Shown here piece by piece: positions 9,491 to 20,623 of a stretch of 64,000 nt of DNA. The stretch's first letter is position 1; each line of letters begins with the position of its first letter. The notes beneath the pieces are model-generated. The model made no database searches, was not told the origin of the DNA, and worked only from the letters and a program-made list of their open reading frames with translations. The translations under genes were made by a program, and so were the position numbers. This DNA is from an uncultured Desulfobacteraceae bacterium. Its GTDB lineage: Bacteria > Desulfobacterota > DSM-4660 > Desulfatiglandales > Desulfatiglandaceae. The stretch spans positions 22,225-86,224 of the forward strand of contig CAZONI010000005.1 of NCBI GenBank assembly GCA_964581175.1, in the 5' to 3' direction.

Positions 9491-11416
9491 TTATTTCGTT
9501 TTTTGGGGCGGGAAAAAGAGAGAGAACGTCGTGCCCCCGGACTCATAGCACTCATTCCCTGTGGTGCAAGACCGGCATTCACTGGTTCTGCCGGGACAGC
9601 GATCTTCTCCTCCGGGGATGAACCTGCACCGTGAAGATTCCATCTTTATGGTAAAATTGAACCGTTCGGAGAAGATCTTCATACGCAGAAGATCAGCCCC
9701 CTTTCCCCCCACGTTAAAGCCAAAAGGCTTGCCTGTCCGGTAGTCGGCCGTTTCCTGGGTCGAAAAAAAACCTTCGAAGATGCGGCGCTGCGCGCTTTCC
9801 ACAATTCCCACCCCGCAGTCCCGGACCAGAAGGCTTGTTCCTCTCCCTTCCTTGCGAACGATCAGCTCGATCCTGCCTTCATCCGGGGTATTCTCTATGG
9901 CGTTTCTGAGCAGCCCATCGACAACCTTTCGCAATATGGTGGGCGGGATCAGCACGGCCGGCGCCTCCTCCATCTGTTCCGTCACGCGCACCTGTCGTTG
10001 GGAAAACAATGGCTGGAGTTCCCTCAACCGTTTTCGCACAAAATCATGGAGAAGAATTTCCTCGCTCTCTTCCGGGGCCTCCCCGAACAAATCATCAATC
10101 CTCTTCCTTATTCGTTGAGCCAGGTTTGCATTCCGTGACTCCTCCTCCACCAGAACCCCAAGTTCATCCTTGCATTCTTCCAAAAGCAGAGTGAGGAGGT
10201 CATGTGCCCGGTAATGCTTGTTCCCTATGATATCACTCACTTGATACTGAATATCCACAATTCGGTCCAAATTTCTCCTCATCCTTTCAATATTCTGTTC
10301 CCACGCTCTATCAGGGAGGGTTGTAAGGGTGCGTTCGAGAATCTTGAGGGAACCCCCAAGGATAGAGACCGGGGTCTTCAATTCGTGGGAAAGATGGTGA
10401 ATCACCTTATCCTTTGCCCGGTTCAAACTTCTCACTTCCTTATAGGCAATTTTGAGTTCGTTATTCACTCTCGCATTCTCGACTGACAGTGCCACGGCGC
10501 CGGCTATGGTATTCAGGAGTTCGATATCTCTTTGCTCAAACGAGCCTTTCTTCCGGTTAAGAGCACAGAGGGCGCCGATGATTCGATCGCCGCTCCTGAG
10601 GGGCACCAGGACCAGGTTTCGGGTCTTATAGCCCAGCTTCCTGTCTCTTTCCCGGTGAAGTGCGGCATCTTCGGAAGTATCGGAGACAACGATCGGCTTT
10701 CCGGTCTTTATGACCTTGCCGGCCACCAGTTCATCCATCCTGAATCGAATTTCCTTCACCCTCTTCTGGGTAGCCCGGTCATCATAAGCGGCACCGAGGA
10801 CAAAGAGTTCCTGCTTTTCCTCATCGAGCAAAATAGTGACGGATCCTTCGGTATCGAGGTTCCGCTTGACTTCACCATCAACATAATCGAGGAGTTCTTC
10901 CAGGTCGGGATATTCGGGGAGTGCAGTGCTGATGCGCAAAATGGTTTCGTTGATTCCCGTAATTCTCTTAAACTCGGTAATGTCCCTGAAAACCAAAAGC
11001 AGGCCGGCCTGCTCGTATTCAGATCTCTCATAGTAAGCTATCCGCATCACCACATCGAGAATCGGTCCCTGACGGGTGCTCCGCTTCGTCTCCCGGCGAA
11101 GCTGGGACTTCTCCTGAATGACCCTGTTGATGTCTTCCTGTGCTTCATGTCTTAATTCGGGCGGGACAAAAGGGATTCTCCCTCCTTCCATTTCCTTGAA
11201 CGTCCAACCGAAAAGGCGTATGAATCCGGAATTGAGGTAGCGGACTCTCTGATCAAGGCTGAGAACAGCAAGAGGATACGGAACAAAATCAAAGACCGTA
11301 TTGAGTCTTCTCCGGGTCCGCAAGAAGGCCTCTTCCACCTTCTTTTGGTTCGCAAGCTGTTCTTCCAGTTCCTGCACCCGGCGTTCTAATTCTTCATAGG
11401 TGAGTTTCTTGCCCAC
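9491..11416 (-). CDS. sensor histidine kinase (coiled coil-PAS-GAF-HisKA-HATPase) with a Cys-rich insertion in the ATPase domain
   Basis: H-box HHLSHELKTPVSIL, N-box LLRNAIENT, G-box-like DCGVGI. GAF-like segment in the middle. No adjacent response regulator. Confidence 0.85.
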   Translation of the reverse strand: MGKKLTYEELERRVQELEEQLANQKKVEEAFLRTRRRLNTVFDFVPYPLAVLSLDQRVRYLNSGFIRLFGWTFKEMEGGRIPFVPPELRHEAQEDINRVIQEKSQLRRETKRSTRQGPILDVVMRIAYYERSEYEQAGLLLVFRDITEFKRITGINETILRISTALPEYPDLEELLDYVDGEVKRNLDTEGSVTILLDEEKQELFVLGAAYDDRATQKRVKEIRFRMDELVAGKVIKTGKPIVVSDTSEDAALHRERDRKLGYKTRNLVLVPLRSGDRIIGALCALNRKKGSFEQRDIELLNTIAGAVALSVENARVNNELKIAYKEVRSLNRAKDKVIHHLSHELKTPVSILGGSLKILERTLTTLPDRAWEQNIERMRRNLDRIVDIQYQVSDIIGNKHYRAHDLLTLLLEECKDELGVLVEEESRNANLAQRIRKRIDDLFGEAPEESEEILLHDFVRKRLRELQPLFSQRQVRVTEQMEEAPAVLIPPTILRKVVDGLLRNAIENTPDEGRIELIVRKEGRGTSLLVRDCGVGIVESAQRRIFEGFFSTQETADYRTGKPFGFNVGGKGADLLRMKIFSERFNFTIKMESSRCRFIPGGEDRCPGRTSECRSCTTGNECYESGGTTFSLFFPPQKTK

Positions 11417-11443
11417 AAATAACCTTTCGCTAAAAGATTCCTG

Positions 11444-12172
11444 TCAATGAATCTCTTTCCATTCATCGAGCAAATCGGCAAATCTCCTCAGGATGCTTGA
11501 ACTTTCCGGGGTCTCCGTGCACTTCATCATTATTTTGTCGGGATCCTTTTTTTCCATGATGAGTTTATCCCGGCTGTATTGAACATACGCGCGCATGATA
11601 TCCGCATCGAATTCGGGATGAAACTGGAGCCCCCAGACCCTGCCTCCACACACGAACACCTGATTTGCGTCGAGGGCACTGTACGCGAGTCTGGTTGCCC
11701 CGGGCGGAAGACTCAACACCGTTTGGGAATGGCTCACCTGTGCCTTCAGAGAAGCCTCAGATTCTCCCAGGAGCCTGTCTCCTGCAGAATCTTCCGTTCT
11801 ATACACGTCAACGGTCCCATATTCCTTTCCTTTGGGATTATCTCCAACCTCCCCGCCAAGTGCATAGGCAAGCAGCTGGTGTCCGTAACAAATGCCGAGA
11901 ATCGGCAGATGCGCGGCAAAGGCATCCCGCAGCCATGCTGCAGTGTTTTCGCTCCATTCGTGATGGTCTGTAACCATTGCATGGGAACCGGTAATCAAAA
12001 CGCCACCTGTCCCTTCCGGATTCGGCAACGATTCTCCCTTTGAAACATCCAGCACCACTGCGGCATATCGCGTCATATGCATGCCTGAAACGATCCACTG
12101 TTCAAAATCCCCGCGACGGGCGCGAAGAGAGGAAAACGTACTTCCTGTCTTTATGATGAGTATTTTTTTCAT
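11444..12172 (-). CDS. class I glutamine amidotransferase (standalone, GuaA-N-like)
   Basis: ILGICYGHQLL nucleophile elbow and GLQFHPEF His/Glu region. Confidence 0.8.
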   Translation of the reverse strand: MKKILIIKTGSTFSSLRARRGDFEQWIVSGMHMTRYAAVVLDVSKGESLPNPEGTGGVLITGSHAMVTDHHEWSENTAAWLRDAFAAHLPILGICYGHQLLAYALGGEVGDNPKGKEYGTVDVYRTEDSAGDRLLGESEASLKAQVSHSQTVLSLPPGATRLAYSALDANQVFVCGGRVWGLQFHPEFDADIMRAYVQYSRDKLIMEKKDPDKIMMKCTETPESSSILRRFADLLDEWKEIH

Positions 12173-12175
12173 AAT

Positions 12176-12907
12176 TCAAAGGCCGATCAGCCGGACTGCT
12201 CCCCACGAAGCCATGGTGTCGCCCAGGATAGCAACTCCTCCGAAAATACCGGGGATATTTCCAGCGGCGGAAGCGGCTCCCTCGAGGTCCTTTCTCTCCA
12301 GGATGGTATTTGCCAGGGCGGTTGCAGCGCTGTCGGCCAGCGCGGCCGATGGAGCGAGAATACTCACCGCGTGGGAAATGCCCATGCTCAGGGAGTGTCC
12401 GACCCTTCCCGACGAAGTACATACGCCGATAGGCATCTGTTCCACGGGGATGCTCAAGCCGATACGCCCGCTCAGAGGAGAATCACCGGCGAAAATAGAT
12501 ACCGTAAGAGGCCTTTCGGCTTTCAGATAAATATCTCCCCCATTCTCGACTATGACCTCGTTCGTATATTCCAGCAGTCCTCTTCCAACGTACTGGGCGA
12601 TCGCACCCGCTACTGCGGCCATGGGCCCGACCCCTGCCTTCCCGGCAGACGCAATCATTTCTCTCACAAGAGGGGGGGCATAGGGATCAGGGGTGAGCGG
12701 CTGAAGACTTATCTCGAAGAATGGATGGGTTTCTAAGTAGCTCTCTATTTCATAACGGCATTGAAAAACAAGATCCCGTGCCTCCTTTTCAAGTTCCAGA
12801 GCCGCGCTTATCCACAGATCTGTTTCCTTGACGCGGACGCAGAACGAATGAAGCCCGCGTGTCCGAACCTTGCTGCGGTAGGCGCGCTTTTCGTAGACAC
12901 GTTGCAT
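12176..12907 (-). CDS. UPF0280 / ApbE-like family protein
   Basis: ORF 12176..13039. Start moved to ATG 12907, which clears the guaA stop at 12930. The family assignment is from memory of UPF0280 proteins of methanogens and syntrophs, so function is uncertain. Confidence 0.55.
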   Translation of the reverse strand: MQRVYEKRAYRSKVRTRGLHSFCVRVKETDLWISAALELEKEARDLVFQCRYEIESYLETHPFFEISLQPLTPDPYAPPLVREMIASAGKAGVGPMAAVAGAIAQYVGRGLLEYTNEVIVENGGDIYLKAERPLTVSIFAGDSPLSGRIGLSIPVEQMPIGVCTSSGRVGHSLSMGISHAVSILAPSAALADSAATALANTILERKDLEGAASAAGNIPGIFGGVAILGDTMASWGAVRLIGL

Positions 12908-12929
12908 AAATCTCTTACTCTCATTCCTG

Positions 12930-14486
12930 CTATTCCCATTCGATGGTGCTGGGCGGTTTTGAAGAAACATCATACACAACTCTGTTAACCCCTTTGACGC
13001 TGTTGATGATCCGGTTTGAAATCCTGGCCATGACTTCATACGGGACCCGCGACCAATCTGCAGTCATGGCATCCAGGCTGTCCACGACTCTGACAGCGAT
13101 CACGTTTTCGTACGTCCGCTCATCGCCCATGACGCCGACCGTCCTGATTGGTAAAAGGACCGCAAAGGACTGCCATACCTTTTCGTAGAGATCCGCTCTG
13201 CGGATCTCCTCTTGAACGATAAGATCCGCAGAGCGGAGTATTTCAAGGCGGTCTCTCGAAATTTCTCCGAGGATTCTGACCGCGAGGCCCGGGCCGGGAA
13301 AAGGCTGCCGCATAACCAGCTCCCTCGGAAGTCCCAACTCGACTGCAACCTGCCGTACTTCGTCTTTAAACAGTTCGCGCAACGGTTCTATCAACGCCAG
13401 TTTCATCGTCTCCGGAAGACCGCCCACGTTGTGGTGGCTCTTTATGGTCGCAGACGGTCCCTTGAAGGAGACACTTTCTATCACATCAGGATAAAGGGTG
13501 CCCTGGGCAAGATACCTTGCCTCTCCCAGTTCGCTTGCCTTTTCCTCAAAGACCGTTATGAATTCACGGCCGATAATCTTTCTCTTTTCTTCCGGATCAA
13601 TGATCCCTTCCAGCTTTTCCAAAAAATGATCTGAGGCATCTACCAGGTGGAACTCCATGCCATACTGTCCTTTAAAGAGGTCAGTCACCTCCTGAGCTTC
13701 GCCTCTCCGCAGAAGGCCGTTATCCACGAATATGCATGACAGTTTGTCACCGATCGCCTTGTGCAGCATGACTGCAGTCACCGACGAATCGACTCCTCCG
13801 GAAAGGCCGCAGACGACACGGTCGTCCCCCACCGTATCCCGGAGACTCTTTACGGTGCGCCTGACAAATGACGACATGGTCCAGGACGGCTCGCATCCGC
13901 AAACGCGAAACAGAAAATTCTTGAGGATTCTCGTCCCGCTCGGTGTATGAACCACCTCCGGATGGAACTGCACGCCAAAGATCCTTCTCTCGTTGTTCGC
14001 CATGGCGGCTATGGGGCTGTTCTTGCTGGAAGCCAGGACCTCAAAACCTTCCGGCATCTTTTCGATGCGGTCACCATGGCTCATCCATACGGTTTCATCT
14101 CCTTCAGTTCCGACACCGTAGAAGATGTCCCGGTGATCGAGTATCCGGATCTGCGCATTGCCGTACTCCCGGTCAACAGCCTTTGCCACGAGTCCTTGCA
14201 GGACATGGGTCAGGAACTGCATGCCGTAGCAGATCCCCAGTACCGGAACAGCCAGTTCCAGGACTCTCCTTTCTGCCAGCGGAGCGTTCGGCTCAAAAAT
14301 ACTTGCGGGGCTCCCGGAGAGGATGATTCCCATCGGTCCAAAGGCCTTGATCTTCCCCATTTCCATGTGAAAGGGGTGAATCTCACAGTAGACCTGGGCC
14401 TCGCGAACTCTCCTGGCGATGAGCTGGGTGTACTGGGACCCGAAATCCAGGATCAGTATCTTCTGATTGTAAAGCGCGCTCGTCAT
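12930..14486 (-). CDS. guaA: GMP synthase (glutamine-hydrolysing)
   Basis: GATase domain (GICYGMQ), ATP-PPase SGGVDSS, conserved C-terminal PPSTIEWE. Confidence 0.95.
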   Translation of the reverse strand: MTSALYNQKILILDFGSQYTQLIARRVREAQVYCEIHPFHMEMGKIKAFGPMGIILSGSPASIFEPNAPLAERRVLELAVPVLGICYGMQFLTHVLQGLVAKAVDREYGNAQIRILDHRDIFYGVGTEGDETVWMSHGDRIEKMPEGFEVLASSKNSPIAAMANNERRIFGVQFHPEVVHTPSGTRILKNFLFRVCGCEPSWTMSSFVRRTVKSLRDTVGDDRVVCGLSGGVDSSVTAVMLHKAIGDKLSCIFVDNGLLRRGEAQEVTDLFKGQYGMEFHLVDASDHFLEKLEGIIDPEEKRKIIGREFITVFEEKASELGEARYLAQGTLYPDVIESVSFKGPSATIKSHHNVGGLPETMKLALIEPLRELFKDEVRQVAVELGLPRELVMRQPFPGPGLAVRILGEISRDRLEILRSADLIVQEEIRRADLYEKVWQSFAVLLPIRTVGVMGDERTYENVIAVRVVDSLDAMTADWSRVPYEVMARISNRIINSVKGVNRVVYDVSSKPPSTIEWE

Positions 14487-14519
14487 GTAAATTCCTTCTT
14501 CTGGACAATCAACTCTGTC

Positions 14520-16067
<1,548 letters not shown>

Positions 16068-16082
16068 TCAGAGGTAGTGAGA

Positions 16083-17035
16083 TTACACATTCCCCATGTA
16101 TTCCCATAACAGCCCCTCAAGGAGATCCGAGAAGCAGGCGGTGAGCTGTTCCAGGGGAAAAAAATCCATTATCTCGGTGGTAAGAAGAACACCCGCCGGT
16201 AACACGCCGGCCCTGCCGGCATCCAACCCGTACCTGGTGACTCTTTCTTCCCTTTTCAAGGTGATCATTTCCCCGAAGAGTTCCTGGATGGCCTCCTTCG
16301 TTATCTTGAGACCGGTTATGCGATGCGGATCCAGATCCCTGGTGGAAATGGTGTGCAGCAACATACTAAGGGTTACGATGGTTCCTCCTGTCCCCGCCAT
16401 CGAAAATACCCTCCGGGAGGGTATTCGGTCAAGTCCATTCATCAGCTTTTGCCTGATAAAATCACGAAGAGCGTCGATATCTGAGCCTTTTGGCGGGTCT
16501 GTCTTCAAGTACTCCTCCGTGAGTATGGATGCCCCTACAGGTAGAGAACGGCTCCAACATTCCCCGCAATTCGCAAGCACAAATTCCGTACTGCCGCCAC
16601 CCAGGTCCACTATCAGGCGAGGCTTCCTTTCCATGTGGAGAGCATGGTGAACTGCAACAGCACTGAGTCGCGCCTCTTCTTCGCCGGTGATTGCCCTGAT
16701 CCCAATACCCGTTCCCTCTCTCAACAACCGGAGAAATTCCTCTCTGTTTTCCGCCTGTCTCACAACTCCGGTAGCAACAGCGACAGTCATCTCCACCCGG
16801 TACGCATGAATAGACCGCTCAAATGCACGGAGGACGTCCAACACACGACGTACCGCATCCGCTGAAAGGATCCCCCCTTTCCGCTATGGAAATCACTCCC
16901 TAGATGGACATACGACCGATGTCTCGCCATGTGCAGAATACTGTGAGAGGCCTCATCCCATTCCGCTATGAGCAATCGTGCCGTATGGGTGCCGAGGTCT
17001 ATGGAAGCGAGTCTTCTGCTCATCTTTGTGTTCAA
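16083..17035 (-). pseudogene. Ppx/GppA-family phosphatase, reading frame broken at a G6 (C6 on + strand) run
   Basis: N-terminal ASKHA motif (RLASIDLGTHTARLLIAE) is in ORF 16787..17035. The rest (VDLGGGSTEF...AGTGGT) is in ORF 16083..16844, in a different frame. The frames join at CCCCCC 16872-16877. One extra G would give ...SGKGGILSADAVRRVLDVLRAF... Confidence 0.7.
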
Positions 17036-17089
17036 TTCGAACCCAAACGACAGCGATTATCCTCGGTTTGAAGGGATTCAATCTTATCA

Positions 17090-18694
17090 TTATTCAGCAT
17101 TCAACCTTTCCTTCACGGAGAGCCCGAACATGCCGGCGAGCGACTTTAATTCCTCCGCTCGCATAAACCAGACAGATACGAGATAGCTGCCCGTCCCCAG
17201 AACGATCAGTGCTGACAGACAAAGAATATTGTGCAGAAACCTTGACTGAGGGCCAAAAACCAGCCCCCATCTTTTTGCACAGAGTAAGGTCAGGCCCATA
17301 ACCAGAGATGCAATTCCACTTCTTGCTGCCGACACGAGAAGGGGCCCGATAACCAGGGTCTTGACGCGCCGAAAAAGCAGGACGGCAAGGAGGCAGAATT
17401 GCACGCTGGAGGCTACGGACAAAGCCAGAGCGAGTCCCCCATGTCTCAGGGGACCCATCAGCATCAGGCTCAGCGCAATGTTCGCAACTACGGCCACGAT
17501 GGCCACCTTGACCGGCGTCTTCGTGTCCTGGAGGGCATAGAAACCGGAAACAAGAATCCGTATGCCGGAAAATGCCCAAAGGCCCAGGGTATAGTAAAAA
17601 AGGGCCTGATCTGTCATGAGCGTGGCATAGGCGCTGAACTGCCCTCGCTGAAGGAGAATTGAAATAATTTGTCTGCCAAGGACAACCAGTCCCACAGTTG
17701 CCGGGATGGTGACAAAGAAGACGAGCCGCAGGGCATGGGACAAGGTCCTGTTGAACTCATCAAGATTTTTTTCAGCGGCATGTCCCGAAAGAGAAGGGAG
17801 AACCGCCGTACTGATTGCTATGGCGAACACGCCCAAAGGAAATTGAACTATCCGATCCGCATAGTAGAGCCACGATATGCTTCCTTCGGGGAGGAAGGAA
17901 GCGAGCAAGGTCCCGATAAACCCGTTAAACTGGTATACCGCCGAGCCGAAAACCGCCGGGAGCATCAGGCGGCCGATCCGTCTCACAGCCGGGTGATCGG
18001 GCATCCACGACGGCAACAGCCGCATGCCTGATTTCATGATCCATGGGATCTGCAGGGCCACCTGCAGCAGTCCCCCGATAAAGACACCCAGCGCCACTCC
18101 AACAATAGGTTCGGAAAGGTGGGGAGACAGCAGGAAGGCGCCGCCTATGATGCCCACATTAAGGAGAATCGGGGCAGCGGCCGGAGCCGCAAAACGCCGG
18201 AGCGAATTGAGGACTCCCATGAAAAAAGCGACCAGACTTATAAACAGGATGTAGGGAAAGGTTATGCGGGTGAGCAGGACCGTGAGATCATACTTCATTC
18301 CGCTTCCACCGAACCCAAAGGCCTGAACTCTCACAATCCACGGAGAAAAAAGGACACCAAGCACCGTAATAACGGCCAGGGCCAGGGAAAGGATGGTCAA
18401 CACGATCCGGGCCATTTCAAAGGCGTCATTCTTTCCTTTCCGCGTCAGGTATTCGGTGAAAACAGGGATAAAGGCTATGGTGAGAGACCCTTCGGCAAAA
18501 AGACGCCGCAACAGGTTCGGGATTCGAAATGCGACGAAGAAGGCATCAGCGCTTAACCCGGAGCCGAAAAGAGAGGCAATGACCATGTCGCGTATGAGAC
18601 CGAGCACACGGCTAAGAAAGGTGAAGACGCTCACCACACCGGCGGCCCGGCTCACCTTTTCCCCTTCAGATCTGATATTCTTAGAATTCGGCAC
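17090..18694 (-). CDS. murJ: lipid II flippase MurJ (MviN)
   Basis: 534-aa polytopic protein with the MurJ N-terminus (FLSRVLGLIRD...FGSGLSADAFFVAFRIPNLLRRLFAEG). Confidence 0.9.
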   Translation of the reverse strand: MPNSKNIRSEGEKVSRAAGVVSVFTFLSRVLGLIRDMVIASLFGSGLSADAFFVAFRIPNLLRRLFAEGSLTIAFIPVFTEYLTRKGKNDAFEMARIVLTILSLALAVITVLGVLFSPWIVRVQAFGFGGSGMKYDLTVLLTRITFPYILFISLVAFFMGVLNSLRRFAAPAAAPILLNVGIIGGAFLLSPHLSEPIVGVALGVFIGGLLQVALQIPWIMKSGMRLLPSWMPDHPAVRRIGRLMLPAVFGSAVYQFNGFIGTLLASFLPEGSISWLYYADRIVQFPLGVFAIAISTAVLPSLSGHAAEKNLDEFNRTLSHALRLVFFVTIPATVGLVVLGRQIISILLQRGQFSAYATLMTDQALFYYTLGLWAFSGIRILVSGFYALQDTKTPVKVAIVAVVANIALSLMLMGPLRHGGLALALSVASSVQFCLLAVLLFRRVKTLVIGPLLVSAARSGIASLVMGLTLLCAKRWGLVFGPQSRFLHNILCLSALIVLGTGSYLVSVWFMRAEELKSLAGMFGLSVKERLNAE

Positions 18695-18763
18695 GAAAAT
18701 CCTTGACAGAATTGGCGCAATTGAAATAGATTAAATTATTATTTTATTCCTGGAGGTTCTGAA

Positions 18764-19033
18764 TTGGCAAACCATAAATCAGCTCTCAAAAGGGCCAAGC
18801 AAAGTGAAATGAGAAGGCTCAGAAACAAGGGCTATAAAACAAGGGTCAAAAACATCGTCAAAGCGGTCCAAAAAGCAGCAGACGGAGATTCACCAGAGGA
18901 AGCCCGGGGCGCATTTACCAAGGCTGTTTCCACTATCCAGAAAACAGCATCCAAAGGGGTCATTCACAAGAATACCGCCGCCCGCAAGATCTCCCGCCTC
19001 GCACGGCGGGTTAATCAGCTTGAAATTTCTTGA
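18764..19033 (+). CDS. rpsT: 30S ribosomal protein S20
   Basis: MANHKSALKRAKQSE... TTG start at 18764 preceded by GGAGG. Confidence 0.9.
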   Translation: MANHKSALKRAKQSEMRRLRNKGYKTRVKNIVKAVQKAADGDSPEEARGAFTKAVSTIQKTASKGVIHKNTAARKISRLARRVNQLEIS

Positions 19034-19041
19034 AACGCTTC

Positions 19042-20043
19042 TCAAAGGCACAACGATATCACGATATTTTCAAGAACCGTACGCTCGGATGAGCCCCTCT
19101 TGAGGAGTCCATCCGAGCGATACAGGAGATGCAAGGCATCCTCAATCTCCTCAAATTCCCACTTTCTTGACTGTTGCGCAATCTTGTTTCCCAGAAACCC
19201 GGGAATACCCACTTTCATCGGCAAGTCCTTGACCTGCCCTCCCCCTTCCAAAATCTTTTTTGTATGAGAGATCAGCCGGATCTGTCTGTTCAGCATGCCC
19301 AGTACCCTCAGCGCCCCGCTCCGATCTTCGTCGAGAAATCGATTCAAGACCCTGAGAGATGGTTCAGTCCGCCTGAAGGAAACCTCGTCCATCAGTTCAA
19401 ACACCGTGTACGCGCGGCTGAAAACGGCGAGTTCCTTCACCTCTTCCCTGCCGACATGGCCCTTTCCGTGTCGCAGGGAGAGTTTTTCCAGCTCCGAATA
19501 CAGGTCCTGCAGACGATTCCCGACCATTTGGAAAAGGTAAGCGCAGGCTTCCCCATCCATATCCATACCCATTTCCCCGGCAGTGGTCCGCAGCCAGGGA
19601 ACAACCTCCCTGTCGGGGAGCCTGTTGAACGCAACACTCCACCCCGCTTCTCTCATCCGCTTGTAAAACCTGGTCTTGAAATTGGTTTTTCCTGAAACGA
19701 AAATCAGGCAGGTGGTCGGAACGGGATTTTCGAGATACGGGACAAAGCTTTCAAGGGCTGATGGAGAAAAACTCTCCGTTCTCCGGACGATGACGAGCCG
19801 GTTGGGAGACATGAAAGGCAGTGATCTGGCGGCATCCAGTATCGATGAGCCTTCGGTTTCACCGCCGTAAAACAATTCTATATTCAAATCCTTCGCCGCC
19901 TCCGGGACGAAGGTGTCCCGGATCTCCGTGAGGAGTTTTTCAAGCCTGAAACGGCTTTCACCGTGAAAGAGATAGACAGCTTGAAGAGTGCCCTTTCTTA
20001 AGTGCCGCAAAACGGCTTCCGGCTGGATGTCGCGTGCCATCAA
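19042..20043 (-). CDS. holA: DNA polymerase III subunit delta
   Basis: 333 aa with a YLFHGESRFRLEK-type N-terminus. Conserved leuS-lptE-holA order. Confidence 0.8.
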   Translation of the reverse strand: MMARDIQPEAVLRHLRKGTLQAVYLFHGESRFRLEKLLTEIRDTFVPEAAKDLNIELFYGGETEGSSILDAARSLPFMSPNRLVIVRRTESFSPSALESFVPYLENPVPTTCLIFVSGKTNFKTRFYKRMREAGWSVAFNRLPDREVVPWLRTTAGEMGMDMDGEACAYLFQMVGNRLQDLYSELEKLSLRHGKGHVGREEVKELAVFSRAYTVFELMDEVSFRRTEPSLRVLNRFLDEDRSGALRVLGMLNRQIRLISHTKKILEGGGQVKDLPMKVGIPGFLGNKIAQQSRKWEFEEIEDALHLLYRSDGLLKRGSSERTVLENIVISLCL

Positions 20044-20609
20044 AACCTTTCCATGGTCTGGGCATATACTCTCTTGGCCAGATTTCTGGCAATCGTCTTC
20101 ACGGCCAGCGTTTGGTTGTAGCGAGTCTTAAGCGGGTCTGTGCTCACGGAGTAGGATGCCTTATCGGTCACGCCTTTTTGATCCCAGAGTATGCGACCGG
20201 AAGCGCGATCGATGAGCCGGGCATCCATTCTGAGCCATAGCCATCTGCTGCCGGTAGTCGCATAGTTGAACGTCCGGCCCTGGACGGTGTTCTGTCTCAC
20301 GTCATAGGTGAGCGGATCGCTGCCGATGCGGGTTATCTGAATCTCCAGAACCGCATCGGCACTCTCCTTTGAAACCACGGGCAGGCCTGAATGATCAATG
20401 AATTCCTCCCGGATAATTCGGGTGAAATCTCCCTCGAACCCCAAGGTCGAGGCGGGGCTTTTCACCATTGGCACCGCAATACTAGATATTTGCAGGCCCT
20501 CGGGTTTTCCTGTCTGCTGGAAATGGTAGGAGCATGAACCTCCGCCCAAGGCAAGAAATGCCAGGAAAGGGAGAACACTTCGATAGAAGCCTCTTGATCT
20601 CGTCTTCAT
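20040..20609 (-). CDS. lptE: LPS-assembly lipoprotein LptE
   Basis: Lipoprotein signal ending GGGSCSYHF. Sits between leuS and holA, with start/stop overlaps. Confidence 0.65.
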   Translation of the reverse strand: MKTRSRGFYRSVLPFLAFLALGGGSCSYHFQQTGKPEGLQISSIAVPMVKSPASTLGFEGDFTRIIREEFIDHSGLPVVSKESADAVLEIQITRIGSDPLTYDVRQNTVQGRTFNYATTGSRWLWLRMDARLIDRASGRILWDQKGVTDKASYSVSTDPLKTRYNQTLAVKTIARNLAKRVYAQTMERF

Positions 20610-20623
20610 TTTCTATTCCTTTT

